Shown here piece by piece: positions 1 to 13,792 of a stretch of DNA of 64,000 bases. Source of the DNA: Perkinsus olseni (taxonomy: Eukaryota); assembly GCA_013115125.1 (NCBI GenBank), contig JABANN010000124.1, positions 1 to 64,000 of the forward strand. The letters are read 5' to 3'. Below the pieces are notes generated by a model that was given only the letters and a program-made list of their open reading frames with translations, was not told the origin of the DNA and ran no database searches. Numbering within the stretch: position 1 is the stretch's first letter; every line of letters starts with the position of its first letter. A program made the translations under genes and the position numbers.

Positions 1-136
1 GGAAGTACGAGGCGCCAGTCTTCTCATAGATGGCGGACTCGATCTCGTGTAGTTGCTTCAACAGGGAGGTTCTCGGCCCAGCCCCCAATGTTGTAGAGAT
101 ATCCCGACTGTTGTTGCGCAACTCGTTATTGGCCAT
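1..136 (-). CDS. 5' end of an unidentified ORF running off the window (MANNELRNNSRDISTTLGAGPRTSLLKQLHEIESAIYEKTGASYF...)
   Basis: ATG at 136, open to position 1, preceded by a CT-rich leader on the minus strand. No recognisable motif. Confidence 0.35.
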   Translation of the reverse strand, partial: MANNELRNNSRDISTTLGAGPRTSLLKQLHEIESAIYEKTGASYF

Positions 137-1419
137 TGATGAATGATGACAGAGTAGTTGCGTGGAGCAACCAAAACAAAGAATAAAGAACCAGCCTGAG
201 TAGAGCGAGTGATGCGATATCAGGCGGGAGAGATATGCTAGAGTGAGGTCATCACAGAGATATAGAGCTAAGGCTACAGAGCTAGAGATACACGTGCAAG
301 GATTGACACAGCGCAAACACTGATGAAATGGAGTGTGGGCAATGGAGTTAACGAAACGGCTCATGGAGAAACCGCTGGGCGGAGCGAGGTGTGACAAGAT
401 ATGCCGGAAGATACGATGCGAGCAATCGTCATCCATCTACATGCAAGAACCTGCACAAACCCATAACATAGTGTGTGCCGCCGTTGCCAGCGCGCTCGTC
501 GGAAGGTTTCTCAGCTTCCGGGAGTATTTCAAGTATCGCTAACACTATGTTGCTGGTAGCCGACTGGTAGGCTGAATCTTTTTTTGTGGAACATATTCAC
601 TGTTATGCACTCGAGCGACTGCTCATCTGCTCTTGATGAAAGGTGGTATATTATATTCTTTGTGGGCGGCCTTCCACCACGTGGTCAGTATTATTATCAT
701 TATAACGATTATGGCATAATCATTATGCTCCTATAGTAGAATACGAATGATTAGGATACGCTAGAAAAAAGATATTTTCTCCGTCTGGCATTAGCTTGTA
801 GCTTCCAGATTTGAGATTATACTCACGCGTCACACGACGGCCGTTGCGGCGTCATGTGACCAGACGCGTCCTTGCTCGTTTGATACGGCGTCCAAATATC
901 CTCACCAGAGTTCATGTTGCGTTCCAACGCTGTTCAAGGGAACGGACGAAGCTTCACATCATAGCGAGCGCGTAGCCGAGGCCGGATCGGCCCTCTCGAT
1001 CGAACGTCCAGGGTCAAATCTTGGGGCTCCTGCTTGCCACTTTCTGTGACGGTGTGACGGTTGTTAACATTCTCTCAATGTTTGTCGATTGAATGATGGA
1101 GTGCCGGTTCCTCAGGGGCACTGAACTTCGGTGACTGAAGTTTAAGTACACACCCCGAGGCCTGGCATGGGCAACGATGTGACCAAGGACCGCCGGATGT
1201 GACCTAGGACCGTATTGCACGTGCAATTCTCCAATGACACTCCCCCAGGTTGCGGGGCCGCTGTCTGGAAGCGCTAAATATGGCTTATGGCGTGGACTAC
1301 TGTCACGTGGGTCTATCACCTGGGTAGAATCAAACGACGAGCTCGATGACAGAAGTGCCCACCAACTTCGAACACGGTGCCCGCGTTAACAAGAAACAAC
1401 TCTCTACAGATTGGTATAT

Positions 1420-3028
1420 TTAGTTGTTACTCTTCTCAGATGATGCGACTTTCCTATTATGTACAGATTCACCATTCCTTGTTTCTTTCGACTCTCGGAT
1501 CCGCAGTTGTATTGCGTGCGCAATGGCGATGGTCCATATTACAATCCACCATGCACGGATATTGTTCGGCATCGATTCGTGGAAAACCCCTGAGATGATG
1601 AGCAATGAAGGGACATAAATCGGATACTGATACTCACCTCTACCATACTTGATGCATAGGCCGAGTTCTAGACACTGGATGATAGTACCAACAACAAGAT
1701 ATAGCGGGAATGTGCCCAGCTTGCCGTTCAAGAGCTTATAAAGCTCCCTGAAGGGCCAGCAAAGGGTTAACAAGGTCAGATGGGGAAGGACCTACGTTGT
1801 GCAAGGCGGGGCGTAAAATGCCCAGAAAAATGTTCGGCAGACGAGAATCCAATGGGAGGTTGGCATCCACAATTCGTACCTGGCCAATTGGGTTTTATGA
1901 AGCGGAGTGTGCGAGGGACGAGACCTCGCTTACTTTATGAAGAAGAGCGTGGTGTCGAGCAGCTCGACGAAGATTGTCATGAAGAGGAACACAATGAGCT
2001 TCCGATGATCGGACCACCAACCCCCTCGAGGAAATCCTAAAAGGCGTTTTCAGTGAGTATGCGCCCGCCTGGCACAGACCGTTGTATTACCCCAATTGTA
2101 TTCCTCGAGCCCTAATTTTCGCACAACTTTCATACCCAACCAAATCCCTAACGCGTTACATCCAAGAACGTCCAGGAGCAGTGAATCCCACCTGATGACC
2201 AAGGAGACATAGAGGAGCCCGGTTCGCCGAGTTCGCACTTGTATTACCAACACTCGTAGAAATTGGGTAGCAGATGTCGGAATGAAATCTCGATGAATTC
2301 GAAAAGTATAGATAGATACCATACGAGGCCAGCGTCCCTTATTATTATAGTCTTCCACATCCAGCCTGAGATGCATCTATCATGCTTGAATGTATCCCAC
2401 CGGTTCCGCGTCGACCATTACTACCAAATAAGTGACAAGCAATGAATATATCAATTCTGTCGAGAAAGTTGTGGAGAGGGTTGGTAGCCTTAGAGTCCCA
2501 CAGCTCGCAGTTGTCCGCGTAATTCTTCTCCGGAAGCGGCTTGCCCAAGCTCGGGTCCAACCATCCAAGAAATTGGCTGAGGATGAGAAGCTGCAGCAAG
2601 CACACGGCGGAGCTTATATTACATAGCATCTTCCCTGTTGTAATTAACCAGCAGGTACGTTAGAAAAAACGAATAACTCAAGGCGATGCCCAACATTACT
2701 CGCCATATTGCTTTAAAGGGCCTGAGAGGCACGAGAGGGACGGGATGTAAGGAAATGATACCTGAGAAAGGACTCACCATTTGAAGACGCCGTGGTCCGG
2801 TAGGTAGGCGACGCTCAGTGAGAGTACGATGACCGCTCCACTCAGCATTTCTACCTTCTGCATCGCACCCTCATCTAATTCAGTTAGTGATGACCAACAC
2901 GAATTCATAGACGATGTTGCTAAGTTGATGCCGTGCTGCAGTACAGATTGGCCACCCTCACCAAGTGCAGAGGGAGGTGGAAACGGCTTGGGTTCACCGT
3001 TCAAAGCAGCAGCAACAGAAATGACCAT
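1420..3028 (-). CDS. PTDSS: Phosphatidylserine synthase, base-exchange (PSS/PTDSS family), multi-exon
   Basis: Exons translate to PSS motifs: LPEKNYADNCELWD..NPLHNFLDRIDIFIACHLFG, WMWKTIIIRD..LSILFEFIEISFRHLLPNFYECW, WDSLLLDVLGCNALGIWLGM. Stop at 1420. Confidence 0.9.
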
Positions 3029-3384
3029 GGTTCACAAAGGTAGCGCTAGTGTACGATTAAAGTAATCCTAGACGAGTAAGTCTACTGAGACCCCGGCCCG
3101 GGTCGCCCGGCAAACACGTGCCGAGTGCTGCATCCCCAAGGTATAAGGGCTACTGGAGCCTGCCACACAGCGCTGCTCAAACACGCCAGTCTCGGACTCA
3201 ACTGTATCGACCCTATTGATCGGCCCTGAGAGTTTACGAAGTCCGACATGTCACTAAGGACAGAATCCCGGAATCCCTTGCGTGAAGTCACGGAAAGCGC
3301 GCTCGCCCACCTTAGAAGAATAACAAACCGCGCACGCCCGGCTAGCTCATCATCATCAGCTCACTCCACCTGACTGAGGTCCGA

Positions 3385-5071
3385 ACCGTCCCAGGGTTTC
3401 ATACTCTCTTGTCGATATTGTTGAACAAATCAAGCTGCAGTGGGGATGAGGAGTTATGTGAGGTCAGCAAGTAATTCATTCAGCATGCGAAGCTTCCGCT
3501 GGCTCCTCTCGTATACGGCATCAATATCGAAACTATTGTCATCCGTCGCTCCATACCCACGAGACCAGCGGCCCTTGAAACTAGATTCTTCTTTTCGACG
3601 TGCTTCCTTCCTAACGCCCACCTATCAATGATCATGACTAATAGAGCCCTCGCACGGACACTACAAGTGAATAAACACATACCGTCAAAAGGAATCGTCA
3701 TGCCACGCGTTCACTCCCTCACTTGCGCGTCGCCCGATCGGGCCCTTCCTCCTCGACTTACGCGCTGCATGATTGTTGGCGCTTGTTGGGCAGAAAGTAT
3801 CTGGAAGATTCTCGAGTATCTTCTGCATCCCTGACTACTCACCTCGCGCGTTTCGTATATCGGGAATACCTTCGGACACCTCTGAGCAACAACGCAGGAG
3901 GGGGGCAATGGACGGCATAGACTTTGGTAACTGCGAAGGCTCGTTCTCATCACGCAGGCTCGGTTGAGAATCCGAGTTTTTACACGCGTCTCAAACGCTC
4001 CTCTTCCACCTTGCTTTGCTGCTGCATCTGCTCCCGGAAAGAATTGAGTTCCCGATCTAAGACCTTCCAAAACGGTTTGATTGGTTGCGCACGGTATTCG
4101 CCGACGCCTGGTGCTACACCTGTGTTATCCTCCGATTCTCCTCTGCCCGTTGATGGTCGCGCTCTACCCGTTCAAACTGCCCCCAGCATCTTGCTACCTA
4201 TATGCCATCATCGACAACAGTCAGGGAGGTGAAGGGCTGTACTTGGCGATGAGCACGTGTCCGGAGGGCGTCAAGTTCAGACTGAGCCTTCCTGTCCTCT
4301 CGTCTACGTCGCGCTTCATACTCAGCATTACTCAACAGAAACAACGATGCTCCTGCTCGCTTGAATACCTACCCGTAGGGCTGATGCTAAGTAATGGTTC
4401 ACATTCTCAAAGATTCAGCATCTTTGGACCAGGGAAAACAGCGGGAGCAGAATCTTTGGGCGGTAGAAGAATGCGCATCATGTATCGCGCAAGACTCGGA
4501 ACTCGCCTTGGGCTAGTGCAGCGACGGCGGGCAGGAAAGATGTCACAGTGGCACGGCATACCTCTCGCTCTAGGTTCAGGTTCACGTTGAATGGATCGTC
4601 GTCCGCAGTAACAGCAGGCATGCAGCTCGCCTCAGAGAACCGTCGGGAGGCTGGTTTGAGCACTGGATCTAGGGAGGACCCGAGCGATAGGAAGTCCTGG
4701 TTGACGGAATATCCTAATCTTTGTTGCCGAATGAGTGGTTAAAGATCATAGTGTCACGGCTCGATCGATCACCACCAGTTCGCGAGAGGGCGACTGTGAC
4801 CAGCGTGACTAGCCCCAGCCCGCGCTTTGCCAAATTTGGGAGACCCCGAAACCTACCAGAGAACGCTGAAGGCGCGGAGGTGATTGACATGTATGAAAAA
4901 CAAGAGCTTGAGTTCTCCCATTCCTTGGGAGAATCGGGCCCTAGCAGAGGCGAGCAAGTGCTTCTCCGAGCGTTGAACTTGCAACAAACGCTGTCTCGAA
5001 GTGGAAATCAAATTCTTGGCAATAACCTTGTGAATTATCATAGTAAGAACGGCAGGACAGCCTTGCGATGA
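3385..5071 (+). CDS. Hypothetical spliced gene, weak cyclic-nucleotide-binding-like segment
   Basis: Plus-strand exon/intron pattern. FSIFGPGKTAGAESLGGRRMRIMYRARLGTRLGLV loosely resembles the cNMP 'LGPG..FGE' region. Boundaries uncertain. Confidence 0.3.
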
Positions 5072-6146
5072 AGCTTATTGTAATCCTCAAATTTACCTTG
5101 GTACCACTTATGCTGCTCGAGGGCTCTCGGAAAGAGGTTGGCGAATGTGCAGAAAGCCTGAGATGAACCACTAGCCTGACCCAGCTATAGTGAATGCAGA
5201 AACCGTAGATGCGACGTAACGCAACCTACGAACGTAACGGGTGCCAGACCCCAACCACTGGCCATAGCATAACCTAGCCACTCCATCATCTCGCCGAAAT
5301 AGTTCGGACAGGAAATGAATCTGTAAGATGAGGCTGCAGGAAGAGCTTGTCGCGAACAGCTATGCCTCGGCAGATCTACCTAAACATTCCACCGTGGGGG
5401 ATATAGTATCTTTGCGCATCTTTCGATCCTTTCCTGAGGTTCCTCAGAATATGGTCAGACTGCAGATTCACCAGTAGGCCGGTGACGTATAAGGATACGC
5501 CAATGACGAGCTGCAATGTGCTGATCTGTGACGGGTCAAACACGCACCGAGTCCACGCTGATTGCAGAGAGCCGTTAGTGCAGCCTGAATGACACAGGCG
5601 GGAGGGAGTAACGCAGCAGTCGACCAACGTTTCATACTAGACTTACAGAAGACAAAGGCGGACAATACTATGCTGATTGGGGTCTTCCGGTGGCTGTGCA
5701 TCAGCACTGGATAGATTATTGACCCTAACAGCGACAATGGAGTGGACGGTGAACTTCCTTAGAGTCAGCTATTACGTTGGAGATAGTGTAGAATAAGCAT
5801 GCCCAGCAACAAGACCTGGCAAGGGTGTAGACTGGACCACTGAGTGATCAGGCATAGTAAAGGGAAGGCTAGCGATGGGAACTCTTGGAAAAACCACCCA
5901 AGTCTTGGGTCCATCTGGAAGCTGTACGAACCTGAAAGACTCGATTGAGGGAAAGGCGTGCATCCGAAAGACGAACTTACCATAGCCGGATTCGATCATT
6001 TTACCGTAAGCAGCCGTGATGCCGAATATACCGACTAGAAGTACAGCGGAAAATACGACGATGAGAGCATGTGACACGATCTGACAGGAACGTCACTGAT
6101 CGTGGTGAACAACTCGCTGCGATCGCTTGCGATCCAGCAGCCACAT
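5038..6146 (-). CDS. 3-oxo-5-alpha-steroid 4-dehydrogenase (SRD5A/DET2-like), multi-exon; start approximate
   Basis: AAYGK, [94 protein letters not shown]. Confidence 0.92.
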
Positions 6147-6289
6147 ACGAAGAGGCGCAGATTGGTAGTTAATAAAGTGGCGCTGTAGCAGCGCACTTTG
6201 CCAGTACAACGATTTTCGACCTACCAATACGGTTTGTCTTGTTCAGTAGTCTTCCACTAGTGCAGCGACGAGCTTTACCAGTCATTGAG

Positions 6290-7550
6290 TTACACATTCA
6301 GTGGCTTCACAGATTTCCTAGTTGGAGACTCCGGCTACAAGCCTAGAAGACGCTCTCCGATCCACCCTGCCTGGCTTACCGTTGTGGCCTCCACAACCCC
6401 CGGCGTGCAGAATCCTGCCATTACTAATACTCTATTATAAACAACTGCGAAGGGACGGCATACCCGAGCTAAACCTCAGGTGGCCAAAAGCCGTGGCAGC
6501 GTCAACACGAGGGATCCTAACTTCAGACTTGCATGAATTAACTCACTTCCGTCGACACGTGCAGCGCGCCCCAAAAGTTTGTGACAGCGACCACGAGACT
6601 GTCTCCTTGTTATCCTGCTCCAAGCCTACCACCCGTCATGCAAACTCCATGCAGGTACTACTGGAGAGAGCGATCAACGGGTCCGCGAGACACATTATAG
6701 TTTGGACCTCTCTCTCTCTTGGGAAGGGCGAGCTCACCTCTCAAGCGCAAGCTGCTCATCCCAGGAATGGGGACAGCCGAAACAGCGGTTACAACTAGCT
6801 TGTGGAATCCTCAGCAAGAATGTTTTAATGTCGATCCTTTTCGACCCTCCGGGTCAGCTTGACATATGAGCACGTAGAAAAGTCCTGACGCTCGACTATC
6901 GACGAGAATCAGCTGTGCACGCATGCGCAGGAAGCCATCCGCGCACACTCAGCCACGGGCGTTGAATAAAAGGAGGAGCTCCTTTCCTCTCCCACAACTC
7001 GAGATGAAGAGAGGCAGTGATGGTAGTTTTGCCGGCGACTATCGCGCCGCCCGACATGAGATCGCACATGCGAGCCCATGATTTACACTCGAAGGAATTG
7101 ATTTGTTGGCGAGAATTTCCACGATCTGTCAGGTAGCGGAATAGCCCGTTGCAATATCACAACAATGGCGCTGAAGAGTGACGTGATCGAGGCATTTGGA
7201 TAACCCTCGAAGAGGTCGCAGTGGGAGATATTGGCAAAATGCCCACCGTCTAGGGAGGTAGGAAGCTGCGGTAGTGGCTCGTCGAGTAGCACGGTCCAAC
7301 AGACCTATCTTCATACTCAAACACCACACACTTGTCGCTGCACATGAACATCGCTGGTAACAATGAGTTGTTTGATAACGATGAAGTTGCGATAGCTCGC
7401 AGTTTGTGCCATGGGTGGTAGAGGTCATAAGAACATCTAGAGCTCACTTCTGTTCACACTTATCGAGCACAGCGTAGCCAATGAGTAATTCTTCCTCGCA
7501 CTCCAGATACTCGAGTAGTTGCTGCGCAAGTCTCCTCCTTTCAATCTTCA
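6290..7550 (-). CDS. Possible hypothetical spliced gene, structure unresolved
   Basis: Open exons bounded by gtgag/gtaag..ag (LLEYLECEEELLIGYAVLDKCEQ|NYRNFIVIKQLIVTSDV). No clear ATG found. Confidence 0.25.
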
Positions 7551-10500
7551 CTACTTAGTTTGGCTTCGTTTTCGCGGCGGTAGAGGCGGTGGAATTAATT
7601 CACTTCCAGAAGGTTCGTCGTCAGGCAGAGTCCCAGGCTGCCCTAGTTGTGATTGGATGGAGTCCTCACGGTATCCATGACCAGTATCTGCTGAACCCCT
7701 CCCGTGTACTGTGACGCTTCTCTGCCTCCCTGCCCAATCCTTTAATTTGTGTAGTTCAGGAAACGGCGGTGGAATATGGCTCAGAGACCCGCTGCTCGGA
7801 GGAAGTGGAGCAGGAATAGGAGGAATAGGGGGGAGTCGTCGATGATTCAACGACTTCGCCGAGGATTGTTGAGGTAGACTTCCTCGATTCGAAGCGCCAT
7901 GTTCACTTTCCCGAGTTCGGATCGCGACGGTTCCTGGCGTCGCCTCCCAGTCTGCTGTCCTCTTACCGGAATGACCCGAAGAAGAGCGATGTTGCGACGC
8001 AGTCGGCTCCCCGATCGTTGGACTCGGCGCCGTTTTATCGCCCGTATAAAACGGGCTGGGGCTGAGGTTTTCCATGGATACATAATCGTGTCTCCGCGAG
8101 AGTGTACTCGGCAACGCCCGACTGGAACTCGGGATCTCGTGAGGGTCGGCATATGCATCGCCGTACATGTCGATCCACCTAGTTCCCGGTGAGGAGATAT
8201 CAGAAACTGCCTCCAACCTCTTGCGCGATCCAGGTTCGTCATCCATTCTCTCACGGGAATTCAGAGCATCGCTCAACTGCGTGAGCTGTGCTGCCGTGGG
8301 CATCCGATTGCGACCCGCACGCGGCGGAAGAGGCGGTGGGATGCTCTTCCGCACCTTTGCCATTGACTTCGAATCTAATACGTCGGAAAATGACCATCTT
8401 CGCGGAGACTTAGGTCGAATCGATGCTCCCTGTAGAGGGTTGGGTTTGATTTCTGCATAAATACCATCATCAGTCACAAAGTCAAACTGGTATGGCTGAA
8501 CATCAGGGGGTAGAGCCGGCGCTGATTCGGGTCGTCTCGCCCCTTTCATCGAGTGTTCTCGCGTGAACCGAGAGAGTGACGGAACGCGGCGGAGCATAGG
8601 GTACTCCAGCGCAGCAGAACCCCGCTGCGACTCATCAGACATAGACATGTAATCAGAGTCGAATAGGCTAAGGTGGTCCATTGATAAGTAAATATTATGC
8701 CTCGAAAGTGAATTCAGCCCAGTAGGCTTGAAGCCGACCTCGGTAGGGTAGCCGGTATCTGCATCGCCGTATAAGACAACCAGCACGAACCGGACGTAGA
8801 CGATTCAAACTCTACTTCGCCCCTTACATGACTTGATCTTTTCCCTCAGGTTGTAGGGACTCTCGCCTGATCTCGCGAAGTGGGCTGCCGAATGTTGCTG
8901 AGGGAACATGGCAGCCCAGCGTGATGTCGTTCGAGGGATCATCACGAAGGCAGCTTTAAAACAGCGCATTGGATTGCTATCTTTTGTGCTCCATCTCGCA
9001 GCGTCAGAGAGACTACTATCGACAGATTGCTTCAAAGACTCACAAAAAACTTCTTCGGCGTCGTTTTCCTTTCCGCTCTACTCATCGATGAAATGGAGAC
9101 GAGGTACTGAGCAGGAAAGCGATTGCAGTCGAAAAAGAGTCGTCTCCGCTCACCTCCCGGGCATCCTGCAGGAATTCCGACTTGGTTACGCGACTCTGGT
9201 CGGGCCAGTACAAAGACAAAAGGGCAGTCTTCAGTGACGAGCTACACGGCGTGGACCCGTTTAGATCTTGTTTTTCGACGGGTAAGGGTAGTTCACTGAG
9301 AGAGTACCACACCGCTCGTCACGTACGAGAGGAAGATCCTGCCGTTGTACTGACAGCAGAGCAAAGGCGAGACTATGAGCCCGAACACTATCATGTCTAC
9401 CACCCCCTGCACAGCCCTACGTCGAAGAGCTCATGTTCACGACGATGTATTCCCTATTGGACTTGGACAGCATTGAAGATGGCGCGACCGAGGTGTCCCC
9501 TTTATATGTTCCTGAGGGCGGAGACTTGATCATGTACCGGCAACCTTTTCGTCCTGTCCCCGAGCTCCCGAGCGAGGCTGACGCTCGGTATAGATCTGCC
9601 TTAGCTTCCACCTGCATCGTAGAGCGTCCAAGAGAACCCATCTCGAGGCGCAGAGCACTCGACTTTCTTCGGCTTCTTCAATGTCAACCTCCTCTTCTTC
9701 TTGCTACCGAGAATCTCCTGCCCATTGCAGAGGATGTTCTCACGCGCCGCATGATCAAACTCCTACCCGTTGTTTTCGCAAATACTCTTTATCCGCCTCT
9801 CTAGCGATGAGAGTCATTGTTTGGTGCTGAAAGGGAGCACAGCTTTGAGCTGCATTATCCGCAAGCTACGCTTCACTAGCAGTTGCCACACAGTTGACAC
9901 AGTAGCAACAATAAAGGAGAGTAACCCTCACGGAGTCTGCAGAACAACCGATGGTACTTGGAAAAGTCCAGTTATCCTCATTTGGCTCTCAGAAGCCCCA
10001 TGCTGGGGCGAGATTCCCCCCATCAACCCTGGGTCGGATTCACTCACCTCAAAGAGAGTTAACGCCGGAGATGGAAGTTTCTTGCCAGAGTTTATCTGTT
10101 GCCTGAGATCTGCCTCGTAAACCTGAACGACGAGGGCATGTGCCTCTCAACGGAACATCGAAATGCTGCCTATGAAGAAGGAGAAGTCAGTATTTCTTCG
10201 ATGTTTTTACCGAAACGGCACACGAAGAGAGACTCTTGGACGAGCTCAGGAGTAGCCCCGAAGCACCTTACCCTTATGAAATCGCCCTTGAGGCCAAGAG
10301 TAGAGATATCATCTGGGCCATGCCTCGTGTCGTATGCCTCATCCACGAAATAAAGAAGAGAGTCTTTGCAGAACCTCTGCCATAAAAGGTCTTCCCCCAG
10401 AGGGCTCATCCTCCCACGCTCAATATCCCACAACCGCCTCACGCGGAGCCCGAGCTCCCTGAAACCAATTCATGAAGCTGGAAGCATCGATTCCAGTTGG

Positions 10501-13500
10501 CAAGGGGATGCAAGATCAGCAGCACATTGCTAAATGAACCTCAGCGGGTACTGAAATCTCTCACGAAGAGAAACGTCGGAAAGACAAGTCGTATGCTCTG
10601 TCGCTGTGGTTTCAGTTATCGGTTGGTTCCTTACGGTAGATCCTCCAACTGAGGGAATCTAACTCCCAAGACCTTGCCGAAGAAATCATTTGACTTTTTA
10701 AGATACGCTCCTTCGAAATCTGAGGTTAACGCAGGCCACTGGAACGGTCACAGAGTGATATGAGGCTTCGGGAGCGACGGCTCAGGGCAGGCGAGCTCTT
10801 GTAGGGTCCATCATTCTGGCTATTAACGCTTCGTCTCCTTGTGCTCACCTTTCCCCTCATGCAGTGACCACTGAAGTGTATTCAAGTAATCGCTGCCTTC
10901 ACAAACTCTTGTCTGCAGGGGGGAGGACAGGGGAGAGCTACGGGCACAAAAACCTCCCACTGGGGCCTACCCGTGTAGAGTTCTTCAGCAGGTCTACTAG
11001 AGGCTGATACTGAAACAACGGAAAAATGCGCAACTGGCAGAAACGGCAATGGTGTGGTATCAAGAATGAGTGGCACCATCGTCGAGGAGGCGCTACTATT
11101 TTCACATGACTGTTGAGTTGGCAGCGCCGAGGCTGATACAAGACTGAGTATGGCTAGGATAGAGAGGCTGTGTGAACGAGTACGATGAAGTCCATCCCAT
11201 GCACGGGCAAATACGACAGTGCTCGGCCCTCTGAGCTCAAGTGATGTGATCAGCGCCAAGGATCACGTTATTCACTGAAGCTTCCGGGCCCAATGCGGAA
11301 GAGACTCGGCCTTTTCTAGACGCAGGACCCACCTCCAGAGGGACTTTATTCGACGTCGGGTCCTCCCACAGCTCAACCTGACAATGGCAAGGTTAATAAC
11401 CGGACGATCACACGGTGCTGAATCAGAGGGCTTGTGGGTCAAGCACTGTGGCGGGATCGAGGGTGAAGGTAAGACGAGAAGCAGATGATGTGCGTAGCGC
11501 TGATAGTCCACTACTCAGATTCGATCCGGTCCACATTCGTTCTGGCACTCACTAGGTTAGGCTCCGGAGTGAAGCTCTCCCTCCTCCTGTTAGTCCTCGT
11601 GTCCAATGCTCTACCGACGTACTGACCGGGACAATGCAATCGGCAACCTTCCTGGCAACAGCTGCTGCCCACCTTCGCGATATGGGCCTCGACTTCCATC
11701 GGCGTGAATGTCGGGAATCCAGCAGATCCTGGGGAGCCGTAGAGCACCCATAGTCCTTGTCTCAGGGCATCCCCACACGATGTAGTAGACTGGTCGAGTC
11801 GTACTGTCAAGTACCTGGCCCCAGCAAGGTGAGTCACAAATAAGAGTGCAGTTAAATCAATATAATGGTGATAGGAGCAAGCGGCCAACCGTCCCAATCA
11901 CCGTACGCAGGCTTTTGTTGTGCCTTAGGGTAAATAAAACTGACATAGGGGCCATCGAAACGATTGGCACCATCATCAAGAGGCACGATGAGAGAGCGAC
12001 CTTCCGGTGGCGCTTCTGAGGAGGGAAGAAGTTGTGATGGGAACAGAGAGGCCACAGCAGCGAGCGGCGGTAGAGCTGGTGACAGATGCAAAGACCTCAC
12101 TTTGCCTCGATTGCCATGCGAAGTCCACCGCGTCATGGTGGCAATCAAATACACTTGGATCCTCCCGCTTCTTGAACCCCATCTTGGGATGCTGAATCTG
12201 AACACCACTCCATTCGTTGCAGCTCCGCCGAGCAGGGCGGCGACCAGGTGCGGATCCGAGGGCTGTAATGAAACGTACCCGTGCAGAGGATCCCAGCTCA
12301 TCCAGCGTGAGCATCTGAAATACCACACCACTCGCAGCTCGCGTGATGGAAAGAACGTTGAACGGTCAACTTCAAGCGCGGTGCATCGAAACCGATGACA
12401 GCTACAGGACCATCAAAACCCATTCAAGCTCATCTCAAGCGTTCCCTGATACTTCTAGTAGACAAAACCGATGTCAGAGCGCACCCTTCCGTCGGTCACC
12501 TCGAAATCCTGTTGGTCACTCCGGAGGCTCTTCGCTTTGGACCACTGAGGAAACAACGAGCAGCTAGGCTACCCGCTGGCACTCGTGCATCTTGTGATGA
12601 CACTCGTGGCCATGAGTCAATGGCTTACTATATGTAAGTCATTGACAAGTTGTGCCCAGGAGACCTTGGCCATCACGGACTGCTCGGTTCTTCCCAGCAT
12701 TTGAGAGTTGCTGTGGGGTGCGTACAATGCTCGTAGTGCACGGTCCAGAGCCATCCCACACAGCTCATCGACGGTAGGCTCCCATGCCCTAGATGGGATA
12801 TAGACCCCGTACTCTCTGAAGAGGGACCATGGCGGAATGAACACGCTAATACAGAGATTCTATGTATCCTAAAGAGGCTGTAGCGGACAGCTTGTGTGAC
12901 TGTAGCGGTCCGAGCCATCATATGTCAGCATATTTCTGCTGCCAGCAGCGGCGAAAAATGGGAGTCGAAAAATTGTGTTACATGTTTTCAACGATGATCG
13001 AGACGACATGATTTGCAGTCTGTTCAACAATAGAAGGCCGCGCTCTTATGTGGGGATCCAACGCCTCGAAGGAATCTGAAGCTCGAGCGACTGTGCGACA
13101 ATGATAAGTGTTAGGCACACTTCAGACTAATTCTAGGGCCGGACCGCTTGCTGATCCCTTGCGTGGCGCAGGGAAGGTATGACGAACCTTTATCTCGAAT
13201 TCTCCATCGGATTCTGTCTTTCTCCTTCCGCCTAATATTGCATTCTGTGATCTGAAGTGAGGCGTTGCTGAGCAGTCAAGCTGTGTCGGAGGGGGTCGTA
13301 GTCACCTCGGATGCTTCCTTTGCAATGACGGCGAGTGACTTCAACGCCTGAGGAGGCACACGGATTAATAAGGACTCAAATTATCGGCACCGAGGCCGTC
13401 GTCGCAGAAGCAGCAGCAGGACAAGGCAACACAGCGACAGCGGCAAAGCCGAGTAGTCGAGCAGTAGGCTCGTTATACCACTCCATGCCCAGCTCGTAGC

Positions 13501-13792
13501 GATGCTACATCCTCACCCGAGTGCCAGGCATGGCAGGCGTCCCACCTACTGAACCTCTTAGCGGCTTCGAATCAGCTGGTGGAGAGGTCCTCCATGCGCT
13601 GGTGAGGGAGGGAAAAGGCCGAGAACCCAAATGCTGAAGTGCGCATTTGCGAGTCGGGCAAGAGCCATCGTTTAGGTGCCTCACTTCGTTGGGTTGACCT
13701 CCGGTACAGCCTGGTCCCTGACAGGTGGTCGAGGATCCCCTAGTAAAGACGACTGTAAGGACGAGTATACAGACGACGGAGGGAAGCAACAT
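7551..13792 (-). CDS. Array gene A: signal peptide, four repeat domains D1-D4, and a ~400 aa disordered Tyr/Pro-motif tail
   Basis: Signal MLLPSVVCILVLTVVFTRG. Domain-end helices ELCGMALDRALRALY..SWAQLVNDLHI, CGDALRQGLWVLY..FTPMEVEAHIAK, FCKDSLLYFVDEAY..ISTLGLKGDFIR, CSSSLKTALLSLY..VTKSEFLQDARE. Exons YLVSISSM.. and QHSAAHF..KS splice in frame into ORF 7551..8786. Confidence 0.7.
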
